Shown here one piece after another: positions 17,087 to 20,000 of a stretch of DNA of 20,000 nucleotides. The notes under the pieces are model-generated. The model did no database searches and was not told where the DNA came from. It worked only from the letters and a program-made list of their open reading frames with translations. This DNA is from an uncultured virus (IMG/VR IMGVR_UViG_3300009666_001319) (Duplodnaviria > Heunggongvirae > Uroviricota > Caudoviricetes). How positions within the stretch are numbered: position 1 is the first letter of the stretch; the number at the start of each line of letters is the position of its first letter. The stretch lies in IMG/VR virus record IMGVR_UViG_3300009666_001319; one strand, given 5' to 3'. The position numbers were made by a program, and so were the translations under genes.

Positions 17087-17863
17087 TCAAAAAATTTTAT
17101 AAACTTTCTTCACATGCGTAATTGCTCCTTCCAGACGGTAATTTACCGCTCTCTGAGAAATACCGATAATGTCCGCAATCTCCTGCTGCGTGTAACCATA
17201 CTGATAATAAAGAATGAATACCTCGCGCTGCTTATCGGTCATGCTCTCCAGCATCTCGCGCCTGGTCTCCTTGCGGATGTAGATGGTCAGCGGGTCTTCA
17301 CCGATACGATCTTCCCGCCAGTTGTACTCATTACGGTAGGATTTCTCAAGCGCATCTTCGGCATCGCCGTCCTTGTCGCCGTTGTCATCGCTGTCATAAT
17401 CCTTGGTACCCGTCCTGCTTCCCGTGCGATTCATGCTGTTCTGCTCCACCCTGTGATTCCCGATCAGCGTAAGGGCAAGCACCCAGGGCTGGGATTCCAG
17501 AAAGCCCTCCGGCAGTTCGATGTTCTGCTTGATCTCGCCGCCCTTCTCGCTTTCCTTCATCTTGTCGAAATAGTAGGTGAAGGAGGTGCAGGACGGCACC
17601 CAGACAACCGTGCGACCGGAGCCGTTGTCGTAGACCGCGTAGCCATTCGAGTAGACCAGAATGCCGTCTCCGTATCCCAACGGATCGGGATAAGATGCAA
17701 TCGGCTCCCCGGCTTCTTCAGCCAGCTTCTTCGAGGTAGGAGTCTTTTCCGCCTTGCTGACAGGTCCAAGGATGCTGATCAGTTCGCCCAGGGTGGTATT
17801 CTCGGTGATGGTCGAGATGATGTTGCTGCCGCCATTGATGTTCTCGTTAATAATGTTCTTCAT
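17087..17863 (-). CDS. Sigma-70 region 4-containing protein (258 aa) with uncharacterised N-terminal domain
   Basis: ATG at 17863 after AGAAAGGA; C-terminal LESMTDKQREVFILYYQYGYTQQEIADIIGISQRAVNYRL is a region-4 HTH. Confidence 0.85.
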   Translation of the reverse strand: MKNIINENINGGSNIISTITENTTLGELISILGPVSKAEKTPTSKKLAEEAGEPIASYPDPLGYGDGILVYSNGYAVYDNGSGRTVVWVPSCTSFTYYFDKMKESEKGGEIKQNIELPEGFLESQPWVLALTLIGNHRVEQNSMNRTGSRTGTKDYDSDDNGDKDGDAEDALEKSYRNEYNWREDRIGEDPLTIYIRKETRREMLESMTDKQREVFILYYQYGYTQQEIADIIGISQRAVNYRLEGAITHVKKVYKIF

Positions 17864-17935
17864 CTTGCGTCCTTTCTGCGGACGCATAAGGCAGGGACAT
17901 TCTGCGGGACACCGATGGCGGCAGGCACAGGGCAT

Positions 17936-17989
17936 AAAGAAAGCCGGGCATGACGACAAAGGGTGTCCTTACGATCCGTCCATGCCGGC
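17936..17989 (-). terminator. Terminator-like hairpin in the leader of the sigma-like gene
   Basis: Imperfect stem 17943-17955 with 17977-17989, followed by TTTCTTT on the minus strand. Confidence 0.45.
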
Positions 17990-18336
17990 CGCCTGTACTG
18001 GCTGTACAAGCTGCCAAGCTGGATTTATCGTCTGAACATCCGCTGCCGTATGCATCCGGCTTAAGATATTGTTTTTGATATGTTCCTATTTTCAGGGTTA
18101 TCGGACTTACGGACCGGTGTTCCCCTGAACTGTGTTTAGCTTACTGCTGAAATCGCTTCTGGTCGTTAGCGCCGGCGACCACGGCTGTTGTCGCCAAAGA
18201 CCACACCCGGTGGCCCCTGCTCCAAAATTGCGTCTTCATTCGCATCCCGCTCACCTCTCCTTTCGGTCATCATCTTCGCATTTACAGATTTCAGATCTTT
18301 TTCTCGGTTCCGGCAGATGTTTTTACACATCATCCG

Positions 18337-18364
18337 TTGTAAAAAACGCATTTTCTGATATACT
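18337..18364 (+). promoter_or_regulatory. SigA-type promoter candidate for the defence operon
   Basis: TTGTAA (18337-18342), 16-bp spacer, TATACT (18359-18364) preceded by TGn (extended -10). Confidence 0.5.
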
Positions 18365-18520
18365 GTAATCAGGCGGTTCTATGTGCTGCCCTTTTTGATT
18401 GCCCTGTAATGTAGTCTGGGCAGCTCCCACGACGGTTTTCGTCGATCTAAATCTCTCCAACCGTTTATCCCCAGGAGACATTTAGAGTTTATTCCATTTC
18501 AAAAATACAGGCGGTACACC

Positions 18521-18548
18521 ACGCGCCATGACGCGCCATGACGCGCCA
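18521..18548 (+). repeat. Tandem 10-bp repeat ACGCGCCATG x2.8
   Basis: ACGCGCCATG ACGCGCCATG ACGCGCCA, ending 26 nt before the ATG at 18575. Confidence 0.9.
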
Positions 18549-18574
18549 AATCTGCAGGAAGGACAGAGCGAGGC

Positions 18575-19780
18575 ATGACCTTTGAAGTTTTTTTCAACCT
18601 GATATTTGATATCCTCGGCGGAGGAAAAGACATCGCTGTCTTCATGCGTGAACTGTTCGACCAGATTCTGGAGCCACCGGAAAACTCGGGTTTCATAAAC
18701 CCGCTATACGACAAGGGCGCACCAACACTGCGGAAGTATGTGAATCCCAATGACACCAAACACCATCTTCCGCCCAAAGTGGTAAAGCAGATGCACGATT
18801 ACATAGAACCGGCAAAGTTCTCGACTTATCTGCTTACCTTTTCTGAACAAACCCTGGAGGACCTGACCGAAGTACTGAAACCGCACATCCCGGATGTCAC
18901 CGCCTACAATGTAAATGACAGATGCGCCGACCTCTTCAAAAAGATCCTCGATGATATCATTGGGCTGAACCAACAGCCTGAGCAGCTGTCTCTTTCCACA
19001 GTTATGAGTACTTCTCTGCCTCCGGCTGTGCGTGACCAGTTCGGCGCTCGGCTCCTTTTGGAGACCCACGGCTTCTGCCCATCCAAAGGCTGCACCAACG
19101 AGCTGAGGGAGATCACGGAAGATGGCTCTGCCGTTCCCAACTATGTCCCGACCCTGATTGACGGGATGCAACCTCCTGTGTTTGAAAACCTCATCGCTCT
19201 GTGTCCGGCCTGTCATGCACGGTATCTGGCCGAAGTCAGACGCTCCTCAAATGAAAAATCGCTCCAGTTTCTCCGGCAGAAAAAACAGGAACTCATGATT
19301 GAGGACACGACAAACAGCATTCTTCCGCGCCACGTAATTGAAGAAGGTGTGGACAGGCTCCTTCGGAAAATACAGGATGACCTTATAGAACTGAGCGATG
19401 ACGATCTCGATGCACTCCGCCTGAACTATGACCCGGTCAAAGTCCGGCAGAAGATTCCGGGCGATACCCGCGAACAGCGGAAGCTTCTGAAAAAAGTGTT
19501 GGAGAATGTCCGCGAGAACTACAGCCTGGTCGAAAACAATCTGAAAAACCTGAACAAGGAACAGGTTCTCCGGCAGCGGGTATTTTCCGCCCAGATCAAG
19601 AACCTGTTCATAGATTTCGATGAGACGACTTTTGATGGTGAGCCCCTGTCCCAGACGGTCATCTTTGACAAGCTGGTGGACTGGCTCCATAGAAACACGG
19701 ATGAAGATGTGGAGATCTGTGCCATAGTGGTTTCCTATTTCATCCAGAGCTGCGAGGTGTTTGATGCTATTTCCGAGTAA
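18575..19780 (+). CDS. ABC three-component/Lamassu-like effector: unknown N-terminal domain, HNH-like Zn-binding domain, ABC-3C C-terminal domain
   Basis: CPSKGC ... FENLIALCPACHARY; C-terminal IVVSYFIQSCEVF matches the ABC-3C CTD pattern; overlaps a small middle-component gene. Confidence 0.75.
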   Translation: MTFEVFFNLIFDILGGGKDIAVFMRELFDQILEPPENSGFINPLYDKGAPTLRKYVNPNDTKHHLPPKVVKQMHDYIEPAKFSTYLLTFSEQTLEDLTEVLKPHIPDVTAYNVNDRCADLFKKILDDIIGLNQQPEQLSLSTVMSTSLPPAVRDQFGARLLLETHGFCPSKGCTNELREITEDGSAVPNYVPTLIDGMQPPVFENLIALCPACHARYLAEVRRSSNEKSLQFLRQKKQELMIEDTTNSILPRHVIEEGVDRLLRKIQDDLIELSDDDLDALRLNYDPVKVRQKIPGDTREQRKLLKKVLENVRENYSLVENNLKNLNKEQVLRQRVFSAQIKNLFIDFDETTFDGEPLSQTVIFDKLVDWLHRNTDEDVEICAIVVSYFIQSCEVFDAISE

Positions 19781-20000
19781 AGTAATATCCTATAATGAGA
19801 GCATCCTGCCCAAGCTGCCTCTCGTCCTGCACTATCTTGAGAATGGACCGAAGAAGATCAGTGACGTTTACCGGTACACGAAAGGAAAAGTGACAGACCT
19901 CAGCGACCTGTTCGAGGTCCTGGATTGCCTTTATGCCCTGGGAATGATCGATCTGAACGGAGACAGTCTTTTGAGAATCGGGAAGGAGGATGCAGAATAA
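19764..20000 (+). CDS. ABC three-component middle component (MC7-like / LmuC-like)
   Basis: MLFPSKVISYNESIL ... EVLDCLYALGMI; GAGGTG RBS; ends with an internal AGGAGG, suggesting a coupled third gene at the window edge. Confidence 0.7.
   Translation: MLFPSKVISYNESILPKLPLVLHYLENGPKKISDVYRYTKGKVTDLSDLFEVLDCLYALGMIDLNGDSLLRIGKEDAE

Larger units (their letters stand above)
1..17863 (-). mobile_element. Prophage-like element, regulation/replication/accessory region; both boundaries lie outside or are not visible in the window
   Basis: Co-oriented, overlapping genes typical of Clostridial temperate phages (DUF2800-DUF2815-PolA, VRR-NUC-SNF2, P4-type primase/helicase, HNH followed by a cos-like site). 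No integrase, att site, terminase or capsid gene in the window. Confidence 0.85.

Noticed and set aside
16265..17953. 562-aa plus-strand ORF crossing three genes and an intergenic region
   Set aside because: Antisense to well-supported genes, no domain signal, composition typical of reverse-frame translation.
18132..18368. Small ORFs on both strands in the divergent intergenic region as a Cro/CI pair
   Set aside because: No HTH pattern and no convincing start context.

Overview
The window is part of a temperate-phage-like element, most likely from an anaerobic Bacillota/Clostridia host (inferred from gene content and strong Shine-Dalgarno sites). A long, tightly coupled minus-strand gene run starts near 17.9 kb and leaves the left edge. 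In order: sigma-70 region-4 protein, DUF4406-like protein, hypothetical, DUF2800 Cas4-like nuclease, DUF2815 SSB, family A DNA polymerase (Leu762 type), DUF932, VRR-NUC, SNF2 helicase, orphan PemK/MazF, primase-polymerase/SF3 helicase, ori-like repeats, MetK, HNH, a cos-like site, small genes including DUF3310 and MazG-like, and class III ribonucleotide reductase NrdD (partial). Divergent on the + strand at the right end are the first two genes of an ABC three-component/Lamassu-like defence operon; its effector has an unusual N-terminal domain and a degenerate HNH. Notable non-coding signals are a 38-bp near-perfect direct repeat 13.3 kb apart (candidate cognate promoter for the element's sigma-like factor), a structured leader before the sigma gene, 10-bp tandem repeats before the defence operon, and 20-bp iterons after the primase. 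Family assignments come from recognising motifs by eye, not from database searches.
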